This document shows, in pieces, positions 50,074-59,780 of a DNA stretch of 64,000 bases (within the stretch, counting starts at the first letter, position 1; every line of letters begins with the position of its first letter). The DNA is taken from contig CAXWPH010000015.1 in assembly GCA_963666055.2 (NCBI GenBank), forward strand, positions 1,088,001 to 1,152,000, in the 5' to 3' direction. Source of the DNA: Acidobacteriota bacterium. Lineage in GTDB: Bacteria > Acidobacteriota > UBA890 > WLXD01. The notes under the pieces were generated by a model that ran no database searches, was not told the origin of the DNA, and saw only the letters and a program-made list of their open reading frames with translations. The position numbers and the translations under genes are program-made.

Positions 50074-51681
50074 ATGAAGGCATCGGCGCGCAGGGCGACT
50101 GCCATGGCGGTGCTGGTGGCCGCTACGGCCCTCGCGGTGCCCGCGGTCTCGGCACAAAACCCGGCGGCACCCGATCGAACCGTCGGGGAAGGGCCGTTCC
50201 AGCGCCTGATCCTGCGCACGGCGACCTTGATCGACGGTACCGGGGCGCCGCCCCGAGGGCCGGTCGACATTGTTGTCGAGGGCAACCGCATCGTCGATAT
50301 CCGCAACGTCGGCGTGCCGGGGGCGGCCATCGACGAGTCGCGGCGGCCGCAGGCGAACGCCAGCGACCGCGTGCTCGAGCTCGGTGGCGCCTATGTGCTC
50401 CCGGGCTTCGTCGACCTGCACGGCCACCTCGCGGGGCCGGAAACTCCCGCCGAGTACATCCTCAAGCTCTGGATGGGGCACGGCATCACGACGAGCTCAG
50501 ACCCTGGCAGCGAAAACGGCATCCGCTGGATGCTCGAGCATCAGGCGCGCAGCCAGGCGAACGAGATCACCGCGCCGCGGCTCTACCCGTCGGTCTCATT
50601 CGGGCAGGGACACGACGGTCCCATCGCGACGCCGCAGCAGGCGAGCGCCTGGGTTGCGGAGATGGCAGACATGGGCGCGCACGGGATCAAGTTCTTCGGG
50701 GCCCGGCCCGACATCATGGGAGCGGCGCTCGACGAGGCTCGCCGACGAGGGCTGTACTCCACGATGCACCACGCCCAGCTCGACGTGGCGTGGATGAACG
50801 TGCTCGACTCGGCGCGGCTCGGGCTCACCTCGATGCAGCATTGGTACGGCCTGCCGGAGGCGCTGTTCAAGGATCGCGCCATCCAGGACTTCCGCCTCGA
50901 CTACAACTACAACGACGAGCAGCATCGCTTCAGCGAAGCCGGGAGACTCTGGCAGCAGGCGGCGGCGCCGTACACGCCGCACTGGAACGCAGTGATGGAT
51001 GAGCTTCTCGAGCTCGACTTCACGATCGTGCCGACTTTCGTTGCCTACGAGACGACGCGTGATTTCATGCGCATGGCGCGCGCCGAATGGCACGAGGAAC
51101 ATACGCTGCCTTCGCTGTGGCGGTTCTACCTGCCCAACCGGGTCGCCCACGCCTCGTATTGGTTCTACTGGGGCACCGAGGAGGAGGTGTCGTGGAAACG
51201 CAACTACCAGCTGTGGATGACGTTCATCAACGAATACAAGAACCGTGGCGGCCGGGTAGCCATCGGCACCGACTCCGGCTACTCATACAACCTCTACGGC
51301 TTTTCGTTCGTGCGTGAGATGGAGCTCTTCCGCGAGGCAGGGTTTCATCCCCTCGAGGTGATCCGCGCCGCCACCCTCGATGGTGCGCACGCCCTGGGGG
51401 TGGCCGACGAGGTCGGGTCGATCGAGGTCGGCAAGATGGCCGACTTCGTAATCGTGGAGGAGAACCCACTGCAGAACCTGAAGGTCCTCTACGGCATCGG
51501 TGCGATTAAGCTGCTAGAGGACAACAGCATTACCCGCGTCGGCGCGATCAGGTACACGATCAAAGACGGCGTTATCTTCGACGCGCCGGCCTTGCTCGCC
51601 GATGTTCGCCGCATGGTGCGCGCCGCAAAGGATCGCGAGGGCTTCGAGATCACCCAGCCTGGCCGGGGCCCGTTCCAATGA
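50074..51681 (+). CDS. Exported amidohydrolase
   Basis: Signal peptide VSA-Q; PGFVDLHGH; IGTDSG; GSIEVGKMAD. Confidence 0.9.
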   Translation: MKASARRATAMAVLVAATALAVPAVSAQNPAAPDRTVGEGPFQRLILRTATLIDGTGAPPRGPVDIVVEGNRIVDIRNVGVPGAAIDESRRPQANASDRVLELGGAYVLPGFVDLHGHLAGPETPAEYILKLWMGHGITTSSDPGSENGIRWMLEHQARSQANEITAPRLYPSVSFGQGHDGPIATPQQASAWVAEMADMGAHGIKFFGARPDIMGAALDEARRRGLYSTMHHAQLDVAWMNVLDSARLGLTSMQHWYGLPEALFKDRAIQDFRLDYNYNDEQHRFSEAGRLWQQAAAPYTPHWNAVMDELLELDFTIVPTFVAYETTRDFMRMARAEWHEEHTLPSLWRFYLPNRVAHASYWFYWGTEEEVSWKRNYQLWMTFINEYKNRGGRVAIGTDSGYSYNLYGFSFVREMELFREAGFHPLEVIRAATLDGAHALGVADEVGSIEVGKMADFVIVEENPLQNLKVLYGIGAIKLLEDNSITRVGAIRYTIKDGVIFDAPALLADVRRMVRAAKDREGFEITQPGRGPFQ

Positions 51682-52150
51682 ATAGCATCCATGATCTGGG
51701 CGGGATGACGATCTGGGCGGGATGACCTGTTTTGGCCCGGTCGCGCGGGAGCACGGCGAGCCGGTCTTTTGCGCCGAGTGGGGAAGACGTGTCTTCGCGA
51801 TGAATCTCGCCGCCGGCGGGCCCGGGCCGATCGACGCGGCGCGCCACGCCAGTGAGCGAATGGACCCATTGCTCTATCTCACCGTCTCGTACTACGAACG
51901 GTGGCTGGCCGGCATGGAGGCGCGAGCCAAGGAGGTAGGCGTGCTCTCCGAGGAGGAGATCGCCAGCGGCGTCTCCACGACGAAACCGCCCGCTGGGGAT
52001 CCACCCCCGAACGCAGAGATCATCGAGGCGATCGTGCGCGGCGGAATGGCATCCAGCCCGCAACATCGGGTGGCTCCAACCACGATTCGACGTCGGCGAT
52101 CGGACCCCTGGGAGGACTACCTGGATCCGGTAGCGACGGGTGTCGAATGA
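51678..52150 (+). pseudogene. nthB: Degenerate second nitrile hydratase beta subunit
   Basis: MNSIHDLGGM start broken by a 17-bp duplication (51693-51726); [13 protein letters not shown]; C-terminal domain largely deleted before WEDYLDP. Confidence 0.85.
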
Positions 52151-52374
52151 GTGACGATCCCCAGCATGACCATGATCACGATCACGACCACCCCCACGAC
52201 CACCCCCACGACCACCCCCACAGTGCTCCGCCGAACCCGTATCTAGAGCCGCGGCGAACCGCCGACGAGACCGCCGCCCTCGAGCAGCGTGCGCAAGCGA
52301 TCGAAGCGTTGCTGATCGACAAGGGCCTGGTGTCGAAAGACGTACCTGAGCGACCTCGTCCCGGTCGTCAGTGA
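52147..52374 (+). pseudogene. nthA: Truncated second nitrile hydratase alpha subunit (His-rich N-terminus only)
   Basis: ATGA overlap with nthB; HDHDHDHDHPHDHPHDHPH; RAQAIEALLIDKGLV; no CxLCSC motif. Confidence 0.8.
52183..52218 (+). repeat. 12-bp tandem repeat x3 (CACGACCACCCC, encoding HDHP)
   Basis: Read directly from the sequence. Confidence 0.85.
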
Positions 52375-52659
52375 CGGTGACTTCATGACTGTCCACTTCA
52401 AGCAAGAAGGGACAGATCATGGTGGGTTTCGTCGATGGTGGGGACTATCCACAGGACACCCGCGAGATTCGCATCGGTCTGCTGAAGTTCAAGCGCAACG
52501 ACAACGCTTGTGCCAATGCACGGCAACGTCGCCCGACGCGCAGCATCATCGATACGTTTCGCTAGCTCGCCCCAGGTCCTGAGTTTGACGGCAGTCGCAA
52601 CGATTTGACGCCGTTCGAACCCGAAATGTCACCGGAATTGTCACAGCGTTGGTGGCACC

Positions 52660-52795
52660 GCGTGTCGCGGACCGATCCGGTGACGCTCGTCCGGGTTGCG
52701 GCCGTTCTCGATCAGTCAGCATCGTTGGCGGGTGGAGTGCCGGCGTAGCGAGCTCAACGGCGTGTAGGTCCATAGATCGAGTGCTCTGAGGCGTG
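52660..52795 (+). pseudogene. Relic of an ADOP permease C-terminus
   Basis: TDPVTLVRVAAVL...LAGGVPA*RA..RVGP resembles TDPRIF...FVPAWRATRVDP of the 13849 gene. Confidence 0.45.
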
Positions 52796-52966
52796 CTATA
52801 AGGAAGAGCACGGTGACCTACGCCGACAAATCCCGATAGTCGAGGCCTTCTTGCTCCCAGGAACCAGCGATCGACATGATGCGCTCGCGCGCGCGGCGTT
52901 GACTCGGTACCGAGGGCATCGCGCACGCATTCGCAGGCTGCGGGCCAGGACTTGGTAGGAGTAATC

Positions 52967-54058
52967 ATGACCGTACAAGAAGAAGCCGCCGGAACCATTC
53001 TCGGCCCGTTCACCGACATGGTTCAGCGCGTCGGGAGCGTCGTTTGGGATACCGCCGCGTCCAATGTGCCCGGCGTTCTCCGCCCCCGCACTCTCATGCT
53101 CACTGCCTTCATCGGGATCCTGATTTTTCTGGTTCGTCGTGGTCACGGCTCGAAAGGCGCCGATGGTCGAGAGAGAAAAACCGGCCTCTTGAAGTTCTTG
53201 TTGCCTAAAGATATTTACACCCACAAGTCGGCTCGCGTCGATGTATCACTTTGGGTGTTTGAGCGTTCGTTGCGTCCTCTCTGGGCGGTGTCGTTGTTTG
53301 CGACCGTGGCGCCGTTCACTGAACAGTCTGTAATCGGCTCACTGCAATTCATTTTCGGTGAGACCCCGGCATTGCAGTCCAATCTTGCGTGGATGGTGCT
53401 CTATGCTGCGGTTTCACTCCTTTGCTATGACTTTATGTTCTACGCTATTCACTGGTGCATGCACAAATATCCCGTGCTGTGGGCGATTCATAAGGTGCAT
53501 CATTCGGCGGAGGTTCTGACACCACTGACACGGTCCCGTGAGCATTTCCTCTCTGGCCCTATCTGGGCGGCCGGGTCGGCGTTCGGCTATGCGTTTGCCG
53601 GAGGGATATTTGCCTATCTCTTTAACGGTGGCATTACCCAGGCAACCATAATGAACATCGGCATGTTCTCGCTGCTGTTCGGTTTCAACGGGATGTTCCG
53701 CCACTATCACATAGGTTTCCATTATCCGCGCTGGCTTGAGAGATGGATACAAAGCCCCGCCATGCATCATACGCACCACAGTTACCTGAAGAAGCATTGG
53801 AATACGAACATGGCGGCGGTCACCAGTATCTTTGACCGGATGTTCGGTACCCTGTATATACCCGAGCTGGATGAATATACGCCTTGGGGCATTGGCCCGG
53901 CGACGCAGGCGGAGTACCGAGGTTTCTGGCAAAACACCACCGGACCTTTCCGCGACTGGTACAAGATGCTGTCGCGTGGAAGCTCCCCACAGGCAGGTGC
54001 GGCCAAATCACAGGATCTCGTGCCGACCACAGACTTCAGCAAGAGCCAGATTCGGTAA
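52967..54058 (+). CDS. Sterol desaturase / fatty acid hydroxylase family di-iron membrane enzyme
   Basis: AGGAG RBS; His boxes HWCMH, HKVHH, RHYH, HHTHH; DRMFGT. Confidence 0.9.
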   Translation: MTVQEEAAGTILGPFTDMVQRVGSVVWDTAASNVPGVLRPRTLMLTAFIGILIFLVRRGHGSKGADGRERKTGLLKFLLPKDIYTHKSARVDVSLWVFERSLRPLWAVSLFATVAPFTEQSVIGSLQFIFGETPALQSNLAWMVLYAAVSLLCYDFMFYAIHWCMHKYPVLWAIHKVHHSAEVLTPLTRSREHFLSGPIWAAGSAFGYAFAGGIFAYLFNGGITQATIMNIGMFSLLFGFNGMFRHYHIGFHYPRWLERWIQSPAMHHTHHSYLKKHWNTNMAAVTSIFDRMFGTLYIPELDEYTPWGIGPATQAEYRGFWQNTTGPFRDWYKMLSRGSSPQAGAAKSQDLVPTTDFSKSQIR

Positions 54059-54166
54059 TTCAGTTACTGGTCTCAAACACACGCGGGGAGACGCAAGTTC
54101 TCCCGAGAAGCGCTCGCATCATTGATGCCGCCGCTTCATCGCTAAGAAACCGATCGGAGCGATGCA

Positions 54167-55024
54167 TTGCCCATGCCCATTCCCGTTCGCGAGCGCGACT
54201 ACGCTCATCCGGAGCTGCTGGCCGAGACCGATTGGCTCGCCAGTCGTCTGTCCGATCCGACGGTTCGTGTTGTCGATGCTCGTTCTGACGAAGACTACGC
54301 CGGCGACCATATTCCCGGTGCTGTTCACATCAACGGCTTCACGCTTGGCGGGATACGCCCTGAATCCGAGATGCCAGAGCCCGAGGCCTTCGCTCACCTG
54401 GTCGGGGCGCTTGGAATCGACGAGCGCACACCGGTCGTCGTCTACGACGCGGGGGGGCGGTCGCAATTGTCCCAGTTGGCGGGGATGACCGCCTGGACGT
54501 TCCTTTACTACGGCCATCCCGATGTTCGTTACCTCGATGGTGGGTTGACGAAGTGGACCGCCGAGGGGCGGCCGCTTTCCAGCGACCCCCCGGCCCACGA
54601 ACCGCGGAGGTTCGCAGCGCGCCCGGTAGAGGGCGTCTACTGCTCCCTGAACCAGGCGAAAGCCTCCATCGATGACGCCGGCGTCGTCTTCTGGGACGTG
54701 CGCAGTCTCGGCGAGTTCGAGGGGACGACGAAAGGGTGGAATGCTCCGCCCCGGCTCGGGCACCTGCCGGGCGCTGTCCATTTGGACTACCGCGAGCTGT
54801 TCGATGCCGACAACGGGACGTTGAAGCCTGCCGCCGAGCTCAGCACGCTTCTGGGGGACAAAGGGATTACACCGGAGGCCGCGGTCACTACCTACTGAGG
54901 GGGTGGTGCGCGCGCGGGTCTCGCAGCGCTCGTCCTGAAGATCCTCGGTTATGGCCGGGCATCGAACTACGCTGGATCCTTCAACGAATGGGCCAATCAG
55001 CCCGACACCGATGTGGATCGCTGA
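54167..55024 (+). CDS. Tandem-domain rhodanese/sulfurtransferase, probable selenoprotein (UGA 54896-54898)
   Basis: HIPGAV, LDGG..KW, GHLPGA; TTY-U-GGGARA at the catalytic Cys position; reading through gives LGY..NYAGSFNEW and a stop at 55024. Confidence 0.88.
54910..54929 (+). promoter_or_regulatory. Putative bacterial SECIS hairpin
   Basis: GCGC-GCG-[GGUCU]-CGC-A-GCGC; loop G and U fall at nt 23 and 24 counted from the U of UGA, as in E. coli fdhF. Confidence 0.75.
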
Positions 55025-55158
55025 CGGCCGCCCGACGGGCTAGCCGTGCTTTGTCGACCGGAGGCACTCGGGTTCCTGCCTCGCCCCCTATTGCGGGGTG
55101 GCAACCTAGCAGGCTACTAATGCGTCCACTTCCGACTTCCCACTATGCCTGGCGACGA

Positions 55159-56076
55159 ATGAGACTCGCATCGCTGATTCTTCTCTGCTTCGTGGCCGGA
55201 CCTGTTGCCGCGCAAGACGCAGATTCGGACCTCTTCCGTGACCGACTCAAGGAGGTTCCCCAACTGCCGATGGACCGCGTCGAATTGGCGGTTGGCCCGT
55301 CGCTGGTTCTCGAGGGGATCTCAGCGGTGTCGATAGACGGGCAAGGCAATATCTACGTGCTTCATCGGCCGACCGCTGGAGATCCCGTGGTTGTGCTCGA
55401 TCCGATGGGACGCTTTCTGCGGTCCTGGGGCGCGGGTTTGTTCAACATCCCGCACGGCATTCGCGTCGATCCGGCCGGCAACGTATGGACCGTAGACTCC
55501 AACACATCCAAGGTCTACAAGTTCACCTCGGAAGGAGCCCTGCTTCTCGAAATACAGATCGAGCTGCCAGAGTCAGGTAGGGGGTTCTGCGGCGCTGCCG
55601 ACATCGCTTTCGCGGCGAACGATCACGTGCTCGTCGCTGACGGGTATTGCAACGGACGCGTGCTGGAGTTCGACGCGCTCGGACACCAGGTAAACGAATG
55701 GGGCAATCGCGGGACTGGTCCAGGTGAGTTCGTCGTCGCCCACTCCATAGCTGTCGGTCCCCAAGGACTCGTGTACGTCGCCGATCGCGAGAACGGCCGC
55801 CTGCACTCGTTTGACCAAGAGGGGCAGTTCCTCGACCTGTGGGAGTACGCAGCACAGCTTTACAGCGTGGCATTCAGTCCAACCGGAGAGCTCTACATCT
55901 CGGTGTCCTTAGGCGGAGATCCGGAAGAGGCCTACCTGATCAAGATCGATCCCGCTACCGGTGAGATGCTTGGACATACAGTGGGCTATGGCCATGAACT
56001 GGCGTTCTCGCCAGATGGCACTCTTTGGCCGGCCACGAGCTCTAGTGAGCTGCTGCTGTTTCGATCTCGCGACTGA
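55159..56076 (+). CDS. Exported NHL-repeat (PAL-like) beta-propeller
   Basis: Signal peptide VAA-Q; PHGIRVDPAGNVWTVD; ADGYCN; HSIAV...VADRENGR. Confidence 0.85.
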   Translation: MRLASLILLCFVAGPVAAQDADSDLFRDRLKEVPQLPMDRVELAVGPSLVLEGISAVSIDGQGNIYVLHRPTAGDPVVVLDPMGRFLRSWGAGLFNIPHGIRVDPAGNVWTVDSNTSKVYKFTSEGALLLEIQIELPESGRGFCGAADIAFAANDHVLVADGYCNGRVLEFDALGHQVNEWGNRGTGPGEFVVAHSIAVGPQGLVYVADRENGRLHSFDQEGQFLDLWEYAAQLYSVAFSPTGELYISVSLGGDPEEAYLIKIDPATGEMLGHTVGYGHELAFSPDGTLWPATSSSELLLFRSRD

Positions 56077-56112
56077 GAGAGAGAGCCGCTTCAATCGCCA
56101 TCACGGCCGCGC

Positions 56113-57090
56113 TTAGTTGGTGACCCGGAGCACCACGTTCCCGCGCTTCCGCCCGGTGTCGACGTAGGCGTGCGCGTCGGCGACCTCATGAAACGCGTAG
56201 CACCGGTCGATGAGAGGTTCATACGCTTCTGCTTCAACGAGCTCCTTGAGGAACAGTAGGTCTTCTACCCGCCCGGCAGTGTCCCCCGCAAACACGCGCT
56301 TGGTACTGGTCATGGACGCCCAGGGGATGTGCAACAGTTGGGGCAGGCCGGCGACCACGCGCAGCAGGCGCCCGCCCTCGCTCAGGGAGTTGCGGCAACT
56401 CGGGAAGTCGGCATGTCCCACAGCATCGAAGATGAGGTCATAGGTGCGGCCGTTGTTGGTGAAGTCCTCCCGCGTGTAGTCGATGACATCGTCTGCCCCG
56501 AGCGCCCGCACGAGCTCGAGGTTGATTGTGCTGCACACGCCGGTGACCTCGGTGCCGAAGTGCTTGGCCAGCTGTACCGCCGCCGACCCCACGGAGCCCG
56601 ACGCCCCGATGATCAACACGCTCTCGCCGGCCTGGATGCGCCCTTGGTGGCGCAGGAAATTCAGCGCGGTCGACGCGCCGAACGAGAGCGCCGCTGCCTT
56701 CTCGTAGGACAATCCCTCGGGGATCGGCGCCAGCTTGCCATCCTCTGACATCGTGCGGTACTCGACGTAGCACCCGAGAGCCGAGCCGGGGTAGGCGAAG
56801 ATGCGGTCACCGACCTGGAACTTCGTGACGTCTTCGCCGATGGCGACGATCTCGCCGGCGAGCTCACCCCCGAGGACCCTCCGCCTGGGCCTGAACACCC
56901 CAAGGGCAAGCCGAGCCGGGATCGCGAATCCTGTCGGGAACGTCGCGCTGCGCAGCCGCCAGTCCGCCGACGAGACGGTGGTCGCGTGCACCTTGATCAG
57001 CACCTCGTGCGCCTTGGCCGTAGGCTGCTCGACCTCTCGAAGCTGGAGGACGTCAGGGCCGCCATACTGTTCGATGACGATGGCTTTCAT
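56113..57090 (-). CDS. NAD(P)-dependent MDR-family oxidoreductase (quinone reductase/RTN4IP1-like)
   Basis: YGGPDVL, GASGSVGSAAVQLAK, LGADDVIDY, GRKRGNVV. Confidence 0.9.
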   Translation of the reverse strand: MKAIVIEQYGGPDVLQLREVEQPTAKAHEVLIKVHATTVSSADWRLRSATFPTGFAIPARLALGVFRPRRRVLGGELAGEIVAIGEDVTKFQVGDRIFAYPGSALGCYVEYRTMSEDGKLAPIPEGLSYEKAAALSFGASTALNFLRHQGRIQAGESVLIIGASGSVGSAAVQLAKHFGTEVTGVCSTINLELVRALGADDVIDYTREDFTNNGRTYDLIFDAVGHADFPSCRNSLSEGGRLLRVVAGLPQLLHIPWASMTSTKRVFAGDTAGRVEDLLFLKELVEAEAYEPLIDRCYAFHEVADAHAYVDTGRKRGNVVLRVTN

Positions 57091-57136
57091 AGCTTCTTCC
57101 CGGTTTCTCGCGGCCCTGGAGATCGCGTGGCGTCGT

Positions 57137-57193
57137 CATACGTACACCGTACGTATGCCTTTACTATACACCATCGCGTACGCTGTACGTATG
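57137..57193. promoter_or_regulatory. Two TetR operator-like palindromes between divergent genes
   Basis: CATACGTAC-ACC-GTACGTATG (57137-57157) and CGTAC-GCT-GTACG (57177-57189). Confidence 0.7.
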
Positions 57194-57838
57194 TCGACCC
57201 CAGCCCCACGCGTCCCGCTTAGCCGTGAGCGCGTACTACGGGCCGCCCTGGAGCTCTCCGACAGGTCCGGCGTGTCGTCCCTGTCGATGCGCGAGATCGC
57301 CCGTACCCTCGGGGTAGGCGTGATGTCGCTCTACAACCATGTCGCCAACAAGGACGACGTCCTGTCTGGTATCACCGACCTGGTCGCGAGTGAGTTCGCG
57401 TTGCCCTCTGGATCTGACTGGAAGCTCGCCCTCCGCAACAGCGCGATCTCGGCCCACGACGCGCTGCTACGGCACCCCTGGGCCTGCACGACCATGTCCT
57501 CGGGCATGACGACGCTCGGCCCCGAGCGATTGGCGTTCTACGACGCGCTCATCGGCACGCTGAGGAAGGCGGGATTCTCCCCCGGGATGGCCCGGCAAGG
57601 CTTCCTCGCGCTCGACGGCCACATCCTCGGGTTCACCCAGCAGGAGGCTGCCCTTCCGCAGGATCTTGGCGATCGCGCCGACCTGACCCGGAGCTTCCTG
57701 CACAGTCTGCCCACGGACGCCCATCCGTACATGCACGAGATGGTGAGCGACCTGCTCGCCAGCGGTCAGTACGAGTTCCCGTACGACTTCGTCCTCGACC
57801 TGATCCTGGACGGCCTGGAGCGGGCCCTTGGGGTCTGA
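57191..57838 (+). CDS. TetR/AcrR family regulator (TetR_C-like)
   Basis: LSRERVLRAAL...LSMREIARTLGVGVMSLYNHVANKDD HTH; ends LDLILDGL. Confidence 0.92.
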   Translation: MSTPAPRVPLSRERVLRAALELSDRSGVSSLSMREIARTLGVGVMSLYNHVANKDDVLSGITDLVASEFALPSGSDWKLALRNSAISAHDALLRHPWACTTMSSGMTTLGPERLAFYDALIGTLRKAGFSPGMARQGFLALDGHILGFTQQEAALPQDLGDRADLTRSFLHSLPTDAHPYMHEMVSDLLASGQYEFPYDFVLDLILDGLERALGV

Positions 57839-57871
57839 ACGGCAGGGGATGGTGCGACCATTGGACGCACC

Positions 57872-57902
57872 GGCCCGCCACACTTCCACCACGGCCTGCT
57901 AG
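57872..57902. repeat. Solo right TIR of the CTAG-ended element
   Basis: GGCCCGCCACACTTCCACCACGGCCTGCTAG is identical to 41219-41249; its CTA is the stop of the MFS gene. Confidence 0.85.
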
Positions 57903-59200
57903 CGCGCTATGACCACAAAGCGGAGGGACAGCGCAACCGTCGCCAGGATCAGAATTGCCGGTGCCAGGAACATCGTCGGGCCAACAGCTCCGTATAGCAG
58001 ACCACCGCTGATCAGGCCGATAATGCTGGCAAGACTTCCGACGCTGCTCGAGAGTCCCTGTACGGCGCCCTGGTACCGATCGCCCGCGTACTTGGATAGA
58101 AGCGCCAGGAACGAGGGCCACATGAGCCCGTTGCCGACGGAGAAGAGGGCAGCGCCGCAGTAGAGCACCGCGGTTGCCGACGACAGGAACGCCGTGAAGC
58201 CGCTAGCGAGGAGTATGCCTCCGGCGATGATCAACGAGGTCTCTTTGAACTTCCCGGACACCCGGGCAAGCAACGGCCCCTGAGTCAGCACCGTCACGAA
58301 GCCGAGAAAGGAGAAGAAAATACCGATGCCGCGTGCCGACCAGCCCAGGCCCTGAGTGGCGTGCATCGGAAACGCCGTGTAGAAGAAGTTGAAGGCAAGG
58401 AAGATCAGGAAGTTGAGCATCAGCAGGTACGGCACACACCGCAGCGCGAGAATTTGGCGCAGCCCGGTGCCTGCGGGTTTCTCGAGCCGATAGCAGTCGC
58501 GCTGCTCCTGGCCGAAGATTTTGCGCACGCTGTTTGTCTCGGGGTTGCGCCGTAGCACGCAGGGGCGCGACTCCGGCAGATAACGTGCGCTCAGCAGTGC
58601 CGCGACGCACGAGATCAACGCCGCGGCGATCACGACTGGAATTTCGCCCGCCGCGGTCGACCCGAGCAACCCCCCTAGCACCGGTCCGACTATGAACCCG
58701 AGATTACCCGCGACGGCCATGCGGCCGAAGCTCCGCTGTCGCTCGTTTTCCGGCGTCACGTCGGCCAGATAGGCGTTCGCCACCGAGACATTTCCCCCGG
58801 TCAGACCGTCGAGCGCGCGGGCCAGGTAGAGAACGGCGAGCGGAACCGTGATGGCGAATAGCCCGAGCCACGGGGAGTCGACCTCGAGCAACGCAGTATT
58901 CGGAAGATAGAGCGCAACGAGGAAGACGAGCCATGAGATCAGCGTGCCGACCTGGCTGACCAACAGCACGAGGCGACGGCCGCGGGCGTCGGACCAACGA
59001 CCCAAGATAGGTGCGCCGACTAGCTGGAAAGCGGCGTAGGTCGCCCCGAGGCTGCCGTACACCAGAGCGTTGCCGCCAAGCCTTCCGACCAGGACGGCGA
59101 GAAACGGCAGCACGATGCTGAAGCCGAGCGTGCCGATGAAGTTCACCAGCAGGATCGGAAACAACCGCCTTGTCGCGCTGGCACTCGGCATGGCCGCCAA
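57899..59200 (-). CDS. MFS transporter (TetA/DHA1-like)
   Basis: LGRWSDARGRR (motif A); RALDGLTGGN; AYLADVT; start may be ATG 59191. Confidence 0.9.
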   Translation of the reverse strand: MAAMPSASATRRLFPILLVNFIGTLGFSIVLPFLAVLVGRLGGNALVYGSLGATYAAFQLVGAPILGRWSDARGRRLVLLVSQVGTLISWLVFLVALYLPNTALLEVDSPWLGLFAITVPLAVLYLARALDGLTGGNVSVANAYLADVTPENERQRSFGRMAVAGNLGFIVGPVLGGLLGSTAAGEIPVVIAAALISCVAALLSARYLPESRPCVLRRNPETNSVRKIFGQEQRDCYRLEKPAGTGLRQILALRCVPYLLMLNFLIFLAFNFFYTAFPMHATQGLGWSARGIGIFFSFLGFVTVLTQGPLLARVSGKFKETSLIIAGGILLASGFTAFLSSATAVLYCGAALFSVGNGLMWPSFLALLSKYAGDRYQGAVQGLSSSVGSLASIIGLISGGLLYGAVGPTMFLAPAILILATVALSLRFVVIAR

Positions 59201-59432
59201 GTGTACTCGCCGTGCAACACAATCCCCCCAACGAGCCCGACAGCGACGACACCGGGGTGGAGCCGGCCGTACCCCTGCCTGCTAGAATTCCACTGACACG
59301 AAGTGGAAGTTGTGATTGGCGCCGAGCGCAGATTGGCGCTCGCGACGCTCAAGTCAGAGCATGCTGTGCCGGTGGTCGGCACCGCCTCCGTCAAGGCAAC
59401 ACCCACCATGTTCCTTCGAAGGGGGAGACGCC

Positions 59433-59633
59433 ATGGCCACAGGCACCGTGAAGTGGTTCAACGACGCCAAGGGCTTCGGTTTCATTGCCCAGGAAGAGGG
59501 CCCGGACGTGTTCGTACACCAGAGCGCGATCGTTGCTGAGGGCCACCGCACGCTGGGCGAAGACCAGAAGGTAGAGTTCGATGTGACGGAAGGGCCCAAG
59601 GGGCCCGCGGCGGCTAACGTTCGCGCCCTCTAG
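59433..59633 (+). CDS. Cold-shock protein (CspA family)
   Basis: [15 protein letters not shown] (RNP1), DVFVH (RNP2); GGGGAG RBS. Confidence 0.97.
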   Translation: MATGTVKWFNDAKGFGFIAQEEGPDVFVHQSAIVAEGHRTLGEDQKVEFDVTEGPKGPAAANVRAL

Positions 59634-59780
59634 CCTCATCGCGGGCATCCGTCGGTATCGAGGCCCGTTTCGACACTACCGTCGCGCCGCCCGTGCTCTA
59701 ATGGGCGTCGCGCTTTCTTTCGTTGACGCTCGGCAAGGCGGCAACGACGCCTTTGATTCCAGACAACGATTGCAGGGGTT

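Noticed and set aside
54736-55158. N-terminal extension of the NHL ORF given in the track
   Set aside because: It overlaps the rhodanese read-through region; a good signal peptide starts at ATG 55159
478-57902. CTAG-ended repeats as integron attC sites or CRISPR repeats
   Set aside because: No RYYYAAC/GTTRRRY boxes in the required arrangement, no integrase or cas genes, irregular spacing, and flanking genes lie on both strands
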